A DNA stretch of 64,000 bases from an uncultured bacterium (GCA_965541585.1 CBEUCH010000002.1:136280-200279), one strand, 5' to 3'; shown: positions 10,514-20,611, counted from the stretch's first letter. Made by a program: numbers and translations. The notes: generated by a model from the letters alone, not told the origin.

Positions 10514-13347
10514 CAGTTGGCTCTTGTCAAAGCAGTTTTACGCCTGCGAACAATAGCGATAGTTCCGGCGGTCAGCAACATCAACCCAAGTATGATCATA
10601 CCCCATTCGGAGAGGGTGGGGATGGCTTCGACGACATCATGCGGCGGCCAGATATCATGCTGCGCGCAACCGGCAGGTTCTACAAGCGATGTTATGGGTA
10701 TAGAGTGATTCACCGCCGGTTCGGCGCATTGGACACACGGTATTGCCTGAAGTCCGGGTATTAGATCAACAGCGCTGGGACCGATCGGTATGTCAGGTAT
10801 ATCGTCGCAATTACTCACTAAATCGCCGACGCTTGATGTATACACGCCGAAGCCCGGATCTGAAAACATCCAGTGACCGTCTTCGATATTCATTAAATCA
10901 ATGGCCGGGATTCCGTAATCACCGTAATCAACATAGTATTCTAAAGCGTCGGATACCCGGGTAAAGACGATTTTCGGGACTACGGGTACATAGGCAAAAA
11001 ACGTGCCTCCTTCTTCACAGACCCGGTCAAAGTTCATTCCGCCTGTTGGCTGCCCGCGGGATTCTGACAGGCACACCTTGACATCCCACGCTTCAGGATT
11101 TTGGCCGCCGTTGTAAGTTACCGTTATAGGTTGACTACTCACTAAACTCAGCGCCACTATCTCGATATCTATATTATGATCCTGAGAGGGACACTGAGGT
11201 AGATTTGCGACTCTACTTCGTTTGATTATTGTGTCGGTGGGCCCTAAATTCCCGTTAGTCGCCAGTGGCTCACCCTCTAAAGCAATAGTACCGGCGAAAG
11301 GATCCGAGCCGGGCCCGAAGAAGTCAGCCGGTATCGGGAGTGTGCTTTCCCCGCAGCCGAGATTCACAAATGTATTGTAGCCTTCCGGCGTTTCCCACAA
11401 GTCGTAAACCGGATCTTCTTGCACTGGACAATCTACATCAACACAGTTCAGGCCGGGGTAGAAGACGCCGCCGTTATCCTCGCAGATAGACTGGGTTTCC
11501 ATTGTGCATAAACCATCGGGCCAGCAGCAGGCGCCTGTTTCCTGAACCGGTTCACTGGTGATGCAGAACGACAGGTCGAGCGATTGCTGACCCGACGGCA
11601 GGCATTCGTGCTCGATAATCCCGGGCTCGTTATCCCAGATTACGAAGTTAAATCCCCTGACATCTACGGAGACCCACTCCGGGTTATACTCCTCAATTAA
11701 AAACCCGAAGAACTCAAATATTTCATAACCGTTTGGAAGGTCGCTCATAACAACCGGGAAGCGCTCAATATGTATTTCATCAGTCGGTTCAGTCGGTGGG
11801 GGCTCACCTGGCGGCCACTCAGGACCTGACCAGTTGATGGCGATCTCAACCCAGGCGGGAGCCCCGGGATCTAATTTCCATACCGAGCCCATTATGGAGA
11901 TTTCCTTGTAGCGCGTGAGATCGAGCGGGTCATTGTAGAACCAGATATTCCACCAACCGCTGGGGTACCAGAACCATCCATTGATACCACCAGGGCCATT
12001 GTAATAATCGGTACCTCCGCTCATCCCGGGAACGAGCTGCCCGCTTTGATCCATCCCCACCCAGAAGGAGTTGACGACCGGCCCGCCGCCTCCACCGGGC
12101 TCGTAAATCTCCGTCCAGAGGTCAGGAGGAAGCGGGGCATCGGGATCCGGGCCCCAAACCGCATCGTCCATCCAGTGATCCTGGGTTGATTTCCATCCCC
12201 AGTGTGTGTTAACCGGATCGACGACATCGGCCGAAATCCTCAACCAGTAAATTTGGCCGACTGTCTGCACGCATGGTTCAGGCAGGAAGTAATCGTAACG
12301 GAAATATTGCTGGTGGTCACCGGGGATAATCTCGCCCTGGACAGGATCATACCATCCCTGTGGAGACGGATCCATAAGGGTGGTGGTGTATTCCCCTTCC
12401 AGTATATACATCGGGGGGCAGACAATTTGGCCCGGTACGCTCCAGCCGTTTGGTCCCACGGGGATATTGTCGTGGATAGTGATCCAAAAGCCCCGGAGTT
12501 GGCCGATATCATCATGCCTCCACGAACCCCACCAATGGATATCCTCGAGCTGGCCCGTCTCCGTGCACTGCCAGTCATCCGCCAGAGAGATGGGAGCGGT
12601 GGCATTAACGTCCCAACCGTTGGGATCCGGCAGCTGCGGGAAATGCATCTTGTGGTTTGCGCAATCACCGTCTTGGCAATTGGGAGAGTTTGTCTCGGTA
12701 TCTACCCAGAAAAGCGGAGCGCCGCCAGAATAATAACTGCTCCACATATACCAAGTGCCCCCAGAATACGCCCAGTGCTCACATGGGACCGGGGGACAGA
12801 TGAGTGGTTCATCCATTAAAAATGAAGGAAGGCTTCCCCCAGGATCGCTATATTCAATACCGATATAGACCGGTCCGTTAACACAGCAGGGAGTCGAATA
12901 AGTTAATGGACCCACAGTGGGATACTCATAAGTGGCGGCATCACAGATAAAAGTCTCACGGCAGAGTTCCGCGCCGGGTCCCGCGCATGGATCTCCGGGA
13001 ATCAGCATATCGTATACCACGAAATCAACCTGAACCGGAAACGGCAAAGCGCCATCGTCATAAAGAGTAATCCACAGTGTAGTTATTTCAAGAGGGTATG
13101 TTGGAGCCGGGCAAACCGCCCATGGATCATAATATGTGATTGCGCGGTCGCCAGTAACCAAGCCTGGATTATAGTAGCCCGGAATATTGCATGTCTTCGT
13201 AAGCAGGCAATAATCAAGAGTGGTCTGCGGCTGTTCGATAGGCAGTACCTCGCCTATTCTCGAGCCTTTTAGTTCACCCTTCGCCATGGCTGCAGTGCCG
13301 AGGATCAGGACAAGGCCGAGGGTTAAAATCAATGACTTTTTAAGCAT
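10513..13347 (-). CDS. Secreted multidomain IPTL-CTERM sorting-domain protein
   Basis: Signal peptide MLKKSLILTLGLVLILGTAAMA (ATG 13347, GGAG RBS), HKMHFPQLPDPNGWDV domain, GACC module, and C-terminus AIPTLSEWGMIILGLMLLTAGTIAIVRRRK. Confidence 0.9.
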   Translation of the reverse strand: MLKKSLILTLGLVLILGTAAMAKGELKGSRIGEVLPIEQPQTTLDYCLLTKTCNIPGYYNPGLVTGDRAITYYDPWAVCPAPTYPLEITTLWITLYDDGALPFPVQVDFVVYDMLIPGDPCAGPGAELCRETFICDAATYEYPTVGPLTYSTPCCVNGPVYIGIEYSDPGGSLPSFLMDEPLICPPVPCEHWAYSGGTWYMWSSYYSGGAPLFWVDTETNSPNCQDGDCANHKMHFPQLPDPNGWDVNATAPISLADDWQCTETGQLEDIHWWGSWRHDDIGQLRGFWITIHDNIPVGPNGWSVPGQIVCPPMYILEGEYTTTLMDPSPQGWYDPVQGEIIPGDHQQYFRYDYFLPEPCVQTVGQIYWLRISADVVDPVNTHWGWKSTQDHWMDDAVWGPDPDAPLPPDLWTEIYEPGGGGGPVVNSFWVGMDQSGQLVPGMSGGTDYYNGPGGINGWFWYPSGWWNIWFYNDPLDLTRYKEISIMGSVWKLDPGAPAWVEIAINWSGPEWPPGEPPPTEPTDEIHIERFPVVMSDLPNGYEIFEFFGFLIEEYNPEWVSVDVRGFNFVIWDNEPGIIEHECLPSGQQSLDLSFCITSEPVQETGACCWPDGLCTMETQSICEDNGGVFYPGLNCVDVDCPVQEDPVYDLWETPEGYNTFVNLGCGESTLPIPADFFGPGSDPFAGTIALEGEPLATNGNLGPTDTIIKRSRVANLPQCPSQDHNIDIEIVALSLVSSQPITVTYNGGQNPEAWDVKVCLSESRGQPTGGMNFDRVCEEGGTFFAYVPVVPKIVFTRVSDALEYYVDYGDYGIPAIDLMNIEDGHWMFSDPGFGVYTSSVGDLVSNCDDIPDIPIGPSAVDLIPGLQAIPCVQCAEPAVNHSIPITSLVEPAGCAQHDIWPPHDVVEAIPTLSEWGMIILGLMLLTAGTIAIVRRRKTALTRAN

Positions 13348-13485
13348 TAAATTCTCCAATTCTAATTGCTTGAATTTATTGTGCTGTCGAGTCTCAATAT
13401 TCGGCAACTTTAATATCAGGTGCAGAGACTCAACACCGCATCTGGATGTTTAGCTCATCCCGGGAGGTTTAATCGGCGGCGCACG
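13346..13485 (-). promoter_or_regulatory. Putative ribosome-stalling-controlled translational attenuator (RAPP codons, anti-SD, hairpins, SD/start)
   Basis: Minus strand: CGT GCG CCG CCG (RAPP, 13485-13474), then ATTAAACCTCC (13473-13463), which can pair with GGAGAATTTAAT (13357-13346, SD plus AT of ATG). Between them lie a GGATG/CATCC hairpin and an 11-bp stem 13435-13425/13395-13385. Confidence 0.6.
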
Positions 13486-14136
13486 GAGATTAGGTAAATA
13501 GTCCCATCTCTTTGTTGAACTGATACCTTCAAAAAGCGGAAATAATTTTCTTGCCAAGGGAAATCTCAAGCCCGCAATTGAGAATCGGATTCGGCTTACA
13601 TACTCGATAAGCATGAGAATTATGGAGTTAACAAGCACGATGAAAAACGAGATCATCAATAAGCCGAAAAGAGATGCAAACCGGATAAGCTCGCTCGAAT
13701 CGGCCGTCGGGAAACTTAAGACGCCTCCCATGCCCGGGTACCTGATCAAGAAATATTCAAGAGGAACCCATATGGCGGCGACAAAAACAGGGTTAAATCC
13801 GATATATTTTTTTGCTCCATTGACGGCCATTCCGAAGATTGAAAAGACCAGGCTCAATAATAATAGATTAAGGAGAAAGTCCGCGGGAGCGGCCAGAGCC
13901 TCGCCAATGAAAGCGACGAAGGCATAGCAGCCGGCAAGAATCACACCCAGCAGAATAGAACCGGCCAAGGTTGTTCTGTTCAATTGCCACAGGAGTGGAA
14001 CCAGGGCAAATAGCGATATGAACCAGTATTCAGGATATATATGGGCAATCGATAGGATTAAAGCCGACGTTCCGGCGCAGATAAAATGAGCCAATAGTCT
14101 CACCGTGATATCGTTATGCCTTGAATCCGCATCCAT
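13450..14136 (-). CDS. Lnt (apolipoprotein N-acyltransferase) N-terminal TM-domain-like protein without nitrilase domain, with C-terminal RAPP motif
   Basis: WFISLFALVPLL, AAIWVPLEYF and LIRFASLFGLLMISFFIVLVN match the Lnt TM region. The protein ends ...WDYLPNLRAPPIKPPGMS with no CN-hydrolase domain. Confidence 0.75.
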   Translation of the reverse strand: MDADSRHNDITVRLLAHFICAGTSALILSIAHIYPEYWFISLFALVPLLWQLNRTTLAGSILLGVILAGCYAFVAFIGEALAAPADFLLNLLLLSLVFSIFGMAVNGAKKYIGFNPVFVAAIWVPLEYFLIRYPGMGGVLSFPTADSSELIRFASLFGLLMISFFIVLVNSIILMLIEYVSRIRFSIAGLRFPLARKLFPLFEGISSTKRWDYLPNLRAPPIKPPGMS

Positions 14137-14730
14137 TATTTTTGTCTGTCTCCGGCGATGAGGCTCCTCCCTCTATACCGTACCAGTGAGCGGGACCATT
14201 GACGCATAAATCTGCGGACGGATGCGCGGCTTTACCAATGAGCAGAAGGCGACTCCAGATAGGCTACTAATATTAATTTTGTGCCTCCTGTGAGGCTAAT
14301 CTGTTTCTCTGACAGCCTTGATCACGTGATGCGAAGTCTGTGAACCCGCCGTCAGATAATCAATTACAAGCCCTGGCTTCAGCCTGAAGAGATTTAGTTG
14401 TGAAAGTGTGTTGAGTCAGAAATGCTCAATCATCAATTTCTAATATTAAGATAGGCGACCCACATTTACTTGTCAAGAAAAAAATAGAGGGGATTATCAA
14501 CATAGGAGACCGGCGAGGTCGAAGGCCCTCACGGGGGCGGTGCGCCGGCCAAAAAGCGCCTGAAATTCTGGCGAAAGCCCGGAAAATATATTACATTGGT
14601 ATAATGAGCATCGGGCTTTTGGACGACAGCAAAGGCTGGAACGATGATCAGTTGTATTCTGTTGGATAAGAGAGTGCGAATCGGATTGGTGTGAGCATTT
14701 GAGTAGACCTTTTTCCGGGAGGTTGACAGC

Positions 14731-17700
14731 ATGGGGTTGCGTATAATTGTCCTTTCCTTATTTATCCGGGCCACAGCTCTCGGGGTCGAGAGTGGCGATT
14801 TTACTTTTTATGACGGCGAATCGACTGTAGCCGCCACCGTTCAGCAAGTGGATCGTACCGTTTTAAACCTTCAGATCTCGAACCTCGAATATGAAGTTGA
14901 TAGCGATAACGGAATAGACCAATACCGGATTCATTTGCCGGAGGTGTTTGGCGTATCGAGGGGAGCATTTCTGAGTTCGAATAATGTGTTGATCCCTACC
15001 ATAACCAGATCCATTGCCGTACCGTTTGATTCGGAGCCGGTGTTCCGTGTGACCTGGTCGAATTTTGTGGAATTGACGGATATAGTACTTGCGCCTGCAG
15101 GCGAGGAGGAATTGGATTCGTATTCCAACGGCAATGAGAATATCTCATCGAGCCTCGAGAGGGACCTGGTGATCGCGGAAACGGCGGGGATGATGCGGGA
15201 TGTAAGAATATATTCTCTGACGATCTCGCCGGTGCAATATGATTTGGAAAGCAAAGTCGTTAAAGTCTATAACGAAATTGAAATCGAGATCGACCATGGC
15301 GGTTCACGGATGGTACGTTACGAGGACCATATATCGGAGGCTTTCTTGCCGATCTATCGCTCGTTTCTGGATAATCTCCTGGTGTTCGACCCGATTGAGG
15401 TAACCCGTGGCGCCGACTGGATCATATACCCCGATCCTTTCCTCGAACATATACGGCCCATAGCGGAATGGAAAAGGGCCAAGGGTTATGATGTTGAATA
15501 TATTGCCAAAAGCGATATTGGCTCCAACCCATCGTATGTGGCTATAAGAGACTATATCTCGGCGCGTTTCGACTCGTGTCAGATTAAGCCGGATTATATT
15601 ACCATCCTGGGAGACGTCAGCATGCCGTCCGGTTATGGAATCCCTACGCGACACTATGATAATCCTCTGGGTTTTGGCGATATAGAATCGGATAATTACT
15701 ATACGTTTCTCCTGGGTGGCGATTATTTCCCGGATGTGTTAATAGGGAGAATAGCCATAGACTACGTTGCCGAGCTTGAGGATTACACGGATAAGCTTTT
15801 CACATACGAGAGAACCCCGTATATGGATGATACACGCTGGTATTTGAGGGGGACCATGGTCGCGTATTGGGAAGTCGAAGGCGACGGCGGCTGGTATGGA
15901 AATTTCACAAGCCCCAGAATCACGAAGCTCTGGTGTCGCGATCGCATGTTTGAAAGCGGATATATCCAGGTAGATACTCTTTTCGAACATCCCCGGTATT
16001 ATGTTCCTTCCAGCCAGATCAACGCCTCTATAAACAATGGCGTATCCTATGTGAATTACCGCGGCTTTGGCGATCCATCCGGATGGAGTTACCCTTATTA
16101 CACATTTAATGATATTAGCGATCTTACCAACGGTCCCATGTATCCTATAATGACATCCATCGTTTGCGGGACAGGAGACTATAATGACTACCGCGACATC
16201 TGTTTCGGCGAGGCCTGGATACGCTATCCGGACAAGGGCGGGGCAGGATTCATTGGCACCAGTAACCACGATGCTCACACGCGATGGACTAACGCTCTGG
16301 ATGTAGGTATTTACTGGGGCCTGTTCGTAGAACATGCAACGACTATTGCCCAGGCCCAACTAATGGGAAAGATGACGATGTACGACGCTTTCCCAACCGA
16401 CCGTTATCCCAACGGCCAGGTCGAGCTTTATTTCAATAGCTACAATATCCTTGGTGATCCGGAGTTGAATTGCTGGACCGGAGTGCCGAGAAGCATGTCG
16501 GTGGCTCATGCCGATTCGGTGGAATTCGGTCAGAATTATATAAGCGTATCCGTCACCGATAATATGGGGGGCACGCCTCTCGAGGGAGCTTATGTCTGTA
16601 TATGGAAAGATGGGGAACTGTTCCTTGGGGAATTTACTCCCGCGGACGGTGTCGCTGAATTCGCGGCCGGACCGGATACCAGGGGCGAGATGGCCTTAAC
16701 GGTTACTGCCCGCGACTTTGCCCCTTATGAGGGAACCGTTACCTATTTCACCAGCGAGATAACAGTGGGATACAATTCTCATACGGTTGACGACAACAAC
16801 GAAGGCGAGTCCTCAGGCAACGGCGACGGAATCTGCAGCCCGTCGGAGGTTGTAGAGCTCGACCTTACCCTTGAAAATTATGGCCAATCGGAAACCGCTA
16901 TCGGGGTGACCGCGGAGATATCGTCGGATAACTCTCATGTGGAGATTGTGCGCGCTACAGCCGGTTTCGCCGATATTTCTCCGGGCGAGAGCAGCCCCGC
17001 CGATAATCCTTTTTTAATAGAGGTTAGCCCCGACGCACCAAACGGGACAGGTATCGATCTTATCATTTCCATAAGCGATGAAGATGATAACGCCTGGGAA
17101 TCCATTATACAGTTGCCCGTTGAAGCGGCCGAATTCGCAATGGAAGAATTGATCATTCAGGATGACGGCAACGGTATGATAGATCCGGGAGAAACGGTCG
17201 AGCTTGTAATAACTCTCGAGAATGTCGGTGCACAGCCCATGGCGGGAGCGACCGCGGTATTGAGAACGTCCGACGATCAGGTGACGGTTATGGATTCGAC
17301 AGCCTTGTTCGGCGACTGCGTTCCCGGAGGGACTTTCGACAACGATGGCGACACGTTTATGTTAACGGTGGAATCCGATATTTATGTAGGACATTTGATA
17401 AACTTTACTCTGGAGTTCGAGGGCGAGGGGCCGCAAATAGTAACATCCGCTTTTGCCGAACAGGTAGGTGCTGTATCGTCGAGTGATCCCATCGGCCCGG
17501 ACGATTATGGGTATTACTGCTTCGATAACACCGATTCTGCCTATTCCGATCGCCCGGTATATGACTGGATTGATATCGATACTCAGAACTGGAATCACGT
17601 AACATTGGGCGACGACAACACGGAGACGATATCGCTGCCGTTTGAGGTTTGGTACTATGGGCAGATTTTCAGTGAGATCACCATCTGTGACAACGGCTTT

Positions 17701-18426
17701 GTGGCCCTGGGCGAATCCTGGTGGAACGCCTGGTACAATACGTCGATTCCCGCACCTCAGAACGCCGCCGCTATGATCGCGCCTTTCTGGGATGACTTCA
17801 ATCAGAGCAATCTTAGAGTATATTACCATCACGATACCGACAACTCCCGCTTCATAATCGGGTGGAATAATGCCTGGGACCAGGACGTTTACCGGTACCA
17901 GACATTCGAGATAATCTTTCTGGATCGAACCGCCTGGCCGTCCGCCACCGGCGATAACGAAATAATCTTCCAGTATGAGCTTGTTAATAGCGCTTATTCG
18001 TCGTCGGTGGGGATCTGTTCCCCCGATAGAAGAGATGGTATCGGTTATATTTTTAATGGCGATTACGCTGATGGTGCGGCAACCCTAAATAACACCCGGG
18101 CCGTGAAATTCACGACCGGATCTCTATACCAGACCGGTATTGAGGAAGAGCAGGAGTTGCCGGAGAGCATGGCGCTATCTCAAAACTATCCTAATCCCTT
18201 TAATGCCTCTACCTCCATCGATTTTTCGATTCCCGGGGAAGGACACGTAAAGCTCGAGGTATTCAATATCCTCGGGCAGAGGATCGCCATCCTGATCAAT
18301 GGTCATCTGGATGCGGGCTTCCATCGGATTGCATGGGGCGCTGACGATTTGCGTTCGGGGATTTACTTTTACAGGCTGGAGACCGGTGATCTGACCGAAA
18401 CAAAGAGAATGATGCTTTTGAAATGA
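14731..18426 (+). CDS. Peptidase C25 (gingipain) family protein with Ig-like domains and T9SS type-A-like C-terminal domain
   Basis: WKRAKGY, ILGDV, SDNYY...DYFPDVLIGR, VNYRGFG, TSIVCGTG and YNILGDPEL. C-terminus SQNYPNPFNAST...KRMMLLK. Confidence 0.9.
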   Translation: MGLRIIVLSLFIRATALGVESGDFTFYDGESTVAATVQQVDRTVLNLQISNLEYEVDSDNGIDQYRIHLPEVFGVSRGAFLSSNNVLIPTITRSIAVPFDSEPVFRVTWSNFVELTDIVLAPAGEEELDSYSNGNENISSSLERDLVIAETAGMMRDVRIYSLTISPVQYDLESKVVKVYNEIEIEIDHGGSRMVRYEDHISEAFLPIYRSFLDNLLVFDPIEVTRGADWIIYPDPFLEHIRPIAEWKRAKGYDVEYIAKSDIGSNPSYVAIRDYISARFDSCQIKPDYITILGDVSMPSGYGIPTRHYDNPLGFGDIESDNYYTFLLGGDYFPDVLIGRIAIDYVAELEDYTDKLFTYERTPYMDDTRWYLRGTMVAYWEVEGDGGWYGNFTSPRITKLWCRDRMFESGYIQVDTLFEHPRYYVPSSQINASINNGVSYVNYRGFGDPSGWSYPYYTFNDISDLTNGPMYPIMTSIVCGTGDYNDYRDICFGEAWIRYPDKGGAGFIGTSNHDAHTRWTNALDVGIYWGLFVEHATTIAQAQLMGKMTMYDAFPTDRYPNGQVELYFNSYNILGDPELNCWTGVPRSMSVAHADSVEFGQNYISVSVTDNMGGTPLEGAYVCIWKDGELFLGEFTPADGVAEFAAGPDTRGEMALTVTARDFAPYEGTVTYFTSEITVGYNSHTVDDNNEGESSGNGDGICSPSEVVELDLTLENYGQSETAIGVTAEISSDNSHVEIVRATAGFADISPGESSPADNPFLIEVSPDAPNGTGIDLIISISDEDDNAWESIIQLPVEAAEFAMEELIIQDDGNGMIDPGETVELVITLENVGAQPMAGATAVLRTSDDQVTVMDSTALFGDCVPGGTFDNDGDTFMLTVESDIYVGHLINFTLEFEGEGPQIVTSAFAEQVGAVSSSDPIGPDDYGYYCFDNTDSAYSDRPVYDWIDIDTQNWNHVTLGDDNTETISLPFEVWYYGQIFSEITICDNGFVALGESWWNAWYNTSIPAPQNAAAMIAPFWDDFNQSNLRVYYHHDTDNSRFIIGWNNAWDQDVYRYQTFEIIFLDRTAWPSATGDNEIIFQYELVNSAYSSSVGICSPDRRDGIGYIFNGDYADGAATLNNTRAVKFTTGSLYQTGIEEEQELPESMALSQNYPNPFNASTSIDFSIPGEGHVKLEVFNILGQRIAILINGHLDAGFHRIAWGADDLRSGIYFYRLETGDLTETKRMMLLK

Positions 18427-18596
18427 TATCCGGCAAGATAGTGGTTGGTCTTTCAGGAAGATGCGCAGCATTTAACATGTTGAAAGACAAAATGATAAGG
18501 GCGCAGATGACGCCCTTTTCATATTGACGAAAAAACGTTTTTGATTATATTGAATTGATGAAAGAAATTATCGATAAGTTGTTCAAGGAGTTTTCG

Positions 18597-20450
18597 ATGC
18601 GATCTGGCATGCTGATTTTCGCAGTATTGATCCTGCTCTCATATGCTCCCGAGTCTGGCGCTCAACTTCCTGAAATATATACCAGGTACAGCGATGCTCT
18701 GCAAACCCTGGCGGATCTGCAGGGAGATTATCCGGAGATCTGCAAGCTGGATACCATGGGTTATTCCACCCGTGACTCCATCCCCATGCTGAGAGTCAAG
18801 ATTTCGGACAACGTTAACATTGACGAAGATGAACCTGCGATCTTCTATTGCGGGGGAGTCCACGCCGACGAGGTGTTGAGCGTGGAGGTCGTTATGTCAT
18901 TTGTACAGGATATTCTGATTCGTTACGGGCGTGGAGATCCCGATGTCACCCGCTATATAGCCAGCCTCGAAATATTCTGTATCCCGTTCATCAATCCCGA
19001 GGGGCATATAGTGGTGGAGGAGGGGGATACCGAATGGCGCAAGAACAAATGTGACAACGACGACAACGGGATATTCGATTTTCACGACGGCGTCGACAAC
19101 AACCGCAACTATGATTTCGGCTTTTGGATAGACGACGGCCCCAACGCCACCACTCCGGAATCTCTCACGTACAAGGGCGAGGCTCCGTTCACCCAGACCG
19201 AGAATATCGCTATGGCGGAGTTCGGATGGAAGTATCGGCCGCTTATAGCGCTGGATTACCATTCGCCGACCTACGGCAGACCCAACGTGGCGTATTATCC
19301 GTGGTACTGGTATGCCAATGAAGGCGGTAATGGTTTCGGCCCCGATGAAACCCTGATGCAATCTGTCTGCGCATTATTTGCATCATTAATAGAAGCCATA
19401 CCGGATGATTCGGGCAACGGCACTTATACGGCCAGGAGGGCTCTGGTCAACAAAGGTGATTTCAAGACATATTTCTACGGTAACTTCGGAACTGCGGCCT
19501 TTTCGGTGGAGGTTTCCGACACTACGATCCAGAACCCTGCTCTGGTTGACACAATAGTCGCCGCTCATCTTCCGGGGCAATATTATCTTCTCGAGCGGGC
19601 TCTGGGTGCAGGTATTACAGGGGTCATCCGGGATTCTGTCACGCTGGAGCCGATCGAGGCGGAGGTGCAGGTTCTCCAGCATATTAACGCTGATATCAAT
19701 CCCCGTCTGTCCAGGCCTGATTACGGACGCTATCGCCGGCTGCTGTCTTCGGGAAGCTATACATTGAAGTTTCTCAAAGACGACTATAGAACCATAACGG
19801 TCTACAATGTCGGGGTGACGAACAGCGGGCCGACCGAGGTCAACATGCTTCTATCCCCGCTGTATCCGCGGCCGCCGGCGCCGGTTTTGAGCTACCCGCC
19901 CGAGGATACGACCTTAAATGACAACCTGGTGGTTTTCGACTGGAATCCATCGGATCTGGCGGATTTCTATCTCTTCGAGCTTTATCAGCATCCGGACCTG
20001 GAGACTCCGGTATATGTCGATTCCTCCTTAATTGATACATCGTTCACTCTCGACACCCCTCTTTCGGATACGGTTTACTACTGGATGGTTAAAGGGGGCA
20101 ACTCCAACGGCTGGGGCCCGTATTCGGATCTGTGGATGTTCGTTGTGAATACCGAGACGGGAACAGATGATCCCGTCCACCAGCCTCGCGCCTTTGAGTT
20201 GTATCAGAATCATCCCAACCCGTTTAATACCTCCACCCTGATCGAGTACAATCTGCCTTCAGCTTCGGATGTAACGCTTGAAATTTACAACATACTCGGT
20301 CAGAGGGTAGCGATACTTTTGGATAGAACCCTGCAGGCCGGGGAGCATAGTATCAAATGGGATGCATCCGGTTTTCATTCCGGCGTCTATTTTGTGAGGC
20401 TGGAGGCTGAGGGGTATACCGAAAATATCAAGATCGTATTGCTAAAATAG
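18597..20450 (+). CDS. M14 zinc carboxypeptidase with carboxypeptidase-regulatory, Fn3-like and T9SS-like C-terminal domains
   Basis: GGVHADE (HxxE), INPEG, WRKN, GVDNNRNY, DYHS and FSVEV motifs; QNHPNPFN CTD. Start moved to ATG 18597 after an AAGGAG RBS. Confidence 0.9.
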   Translation: MRSGMLIFAVLILLSYAPESGAQLPEIYTRYSDALQTLADLQGDYPEICKLDTMGYSTRDSIPMLRVKISDNVNIDEDEPAIFYCGGVHADEVLSVEVVMSFVQDILIRYGRGDPDVTRYIASLEIFCIPFINPEGHIVVEEGDTEWRKNKCDNDDNGIFDFHDGVDNNRNYDFGFWIDDGPNATTPESLTYKGEAPFTQTENIAMAEFGWKYRPLIALDYHSPTYGRPNVAYYPWYWYANEGGNGFGPDETLMQSVCALFASLIEAIPDDSGNGTYTARRALVNKGDFKTYFYGNFGTAAFSVEVSDTTIQNPALVDTIVAAHLPGQYYLLERALGAGITGVIRDSVTLEPIEAEVQVLQHINADINPRLSRPDYGRYRRLLSSGSYTLKFLKDDYRTITVYNVGVTNSGPTEVNMLLSPLYPRPPAPVLSYPPEDTTLNDNLVVFDWNPSDLADFYLFELYQHPDLETPVYVDSSLIDTSFTLDTPLSDTVYYWMVKGGNSNGWGPYSDLWMFVVNTETGTDDPVHQPRAFELYQNHPNPFNTSTLIEYNLPSASDVTLEIYNILGQRVAILLDRTLQAGEHSIKWDASGFHSGVYFVRLEAEGYTENIKIVLLK

Positions 20451-20515
20451 CGGCGGCACCAGTCTTGGTTTTACCGCCAGACCAAACTTGTTGATTTCCG
20501 GCAAGCACAAAAGGC

Positions 20516-20543
20516 TTGACTTCTAAATATCTTTTATTACAAT
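20516..20543 (+). promoter_or_regulatory. sigma70-type promoter, homologous to the one at ~23060
   Basis: TTGACT-N16-TACAAT; the context AAAGGCTTGACTTCTAA is repeated at 23054-23070. Confidence 0.55.
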
Positions 20544-20611
20544 ATTTATAGGCATAATCATGAAATAGCAGCGCGATTTGACCGCGAGAATAAGTACCTC
20601 AATTGGAGGTT

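Noticed and set aside
14137-14730. Structured RNA, or an upstream extension of the Lnt-like gene, in the long divergent intergenic region
   Set aside because: No known riboswitch consensus was recognised. The in-frame extension from an AGGAGG/ATT is interrupted by TAG, and ORF 14529..14774 overlaps the C25 start and looks spurious.
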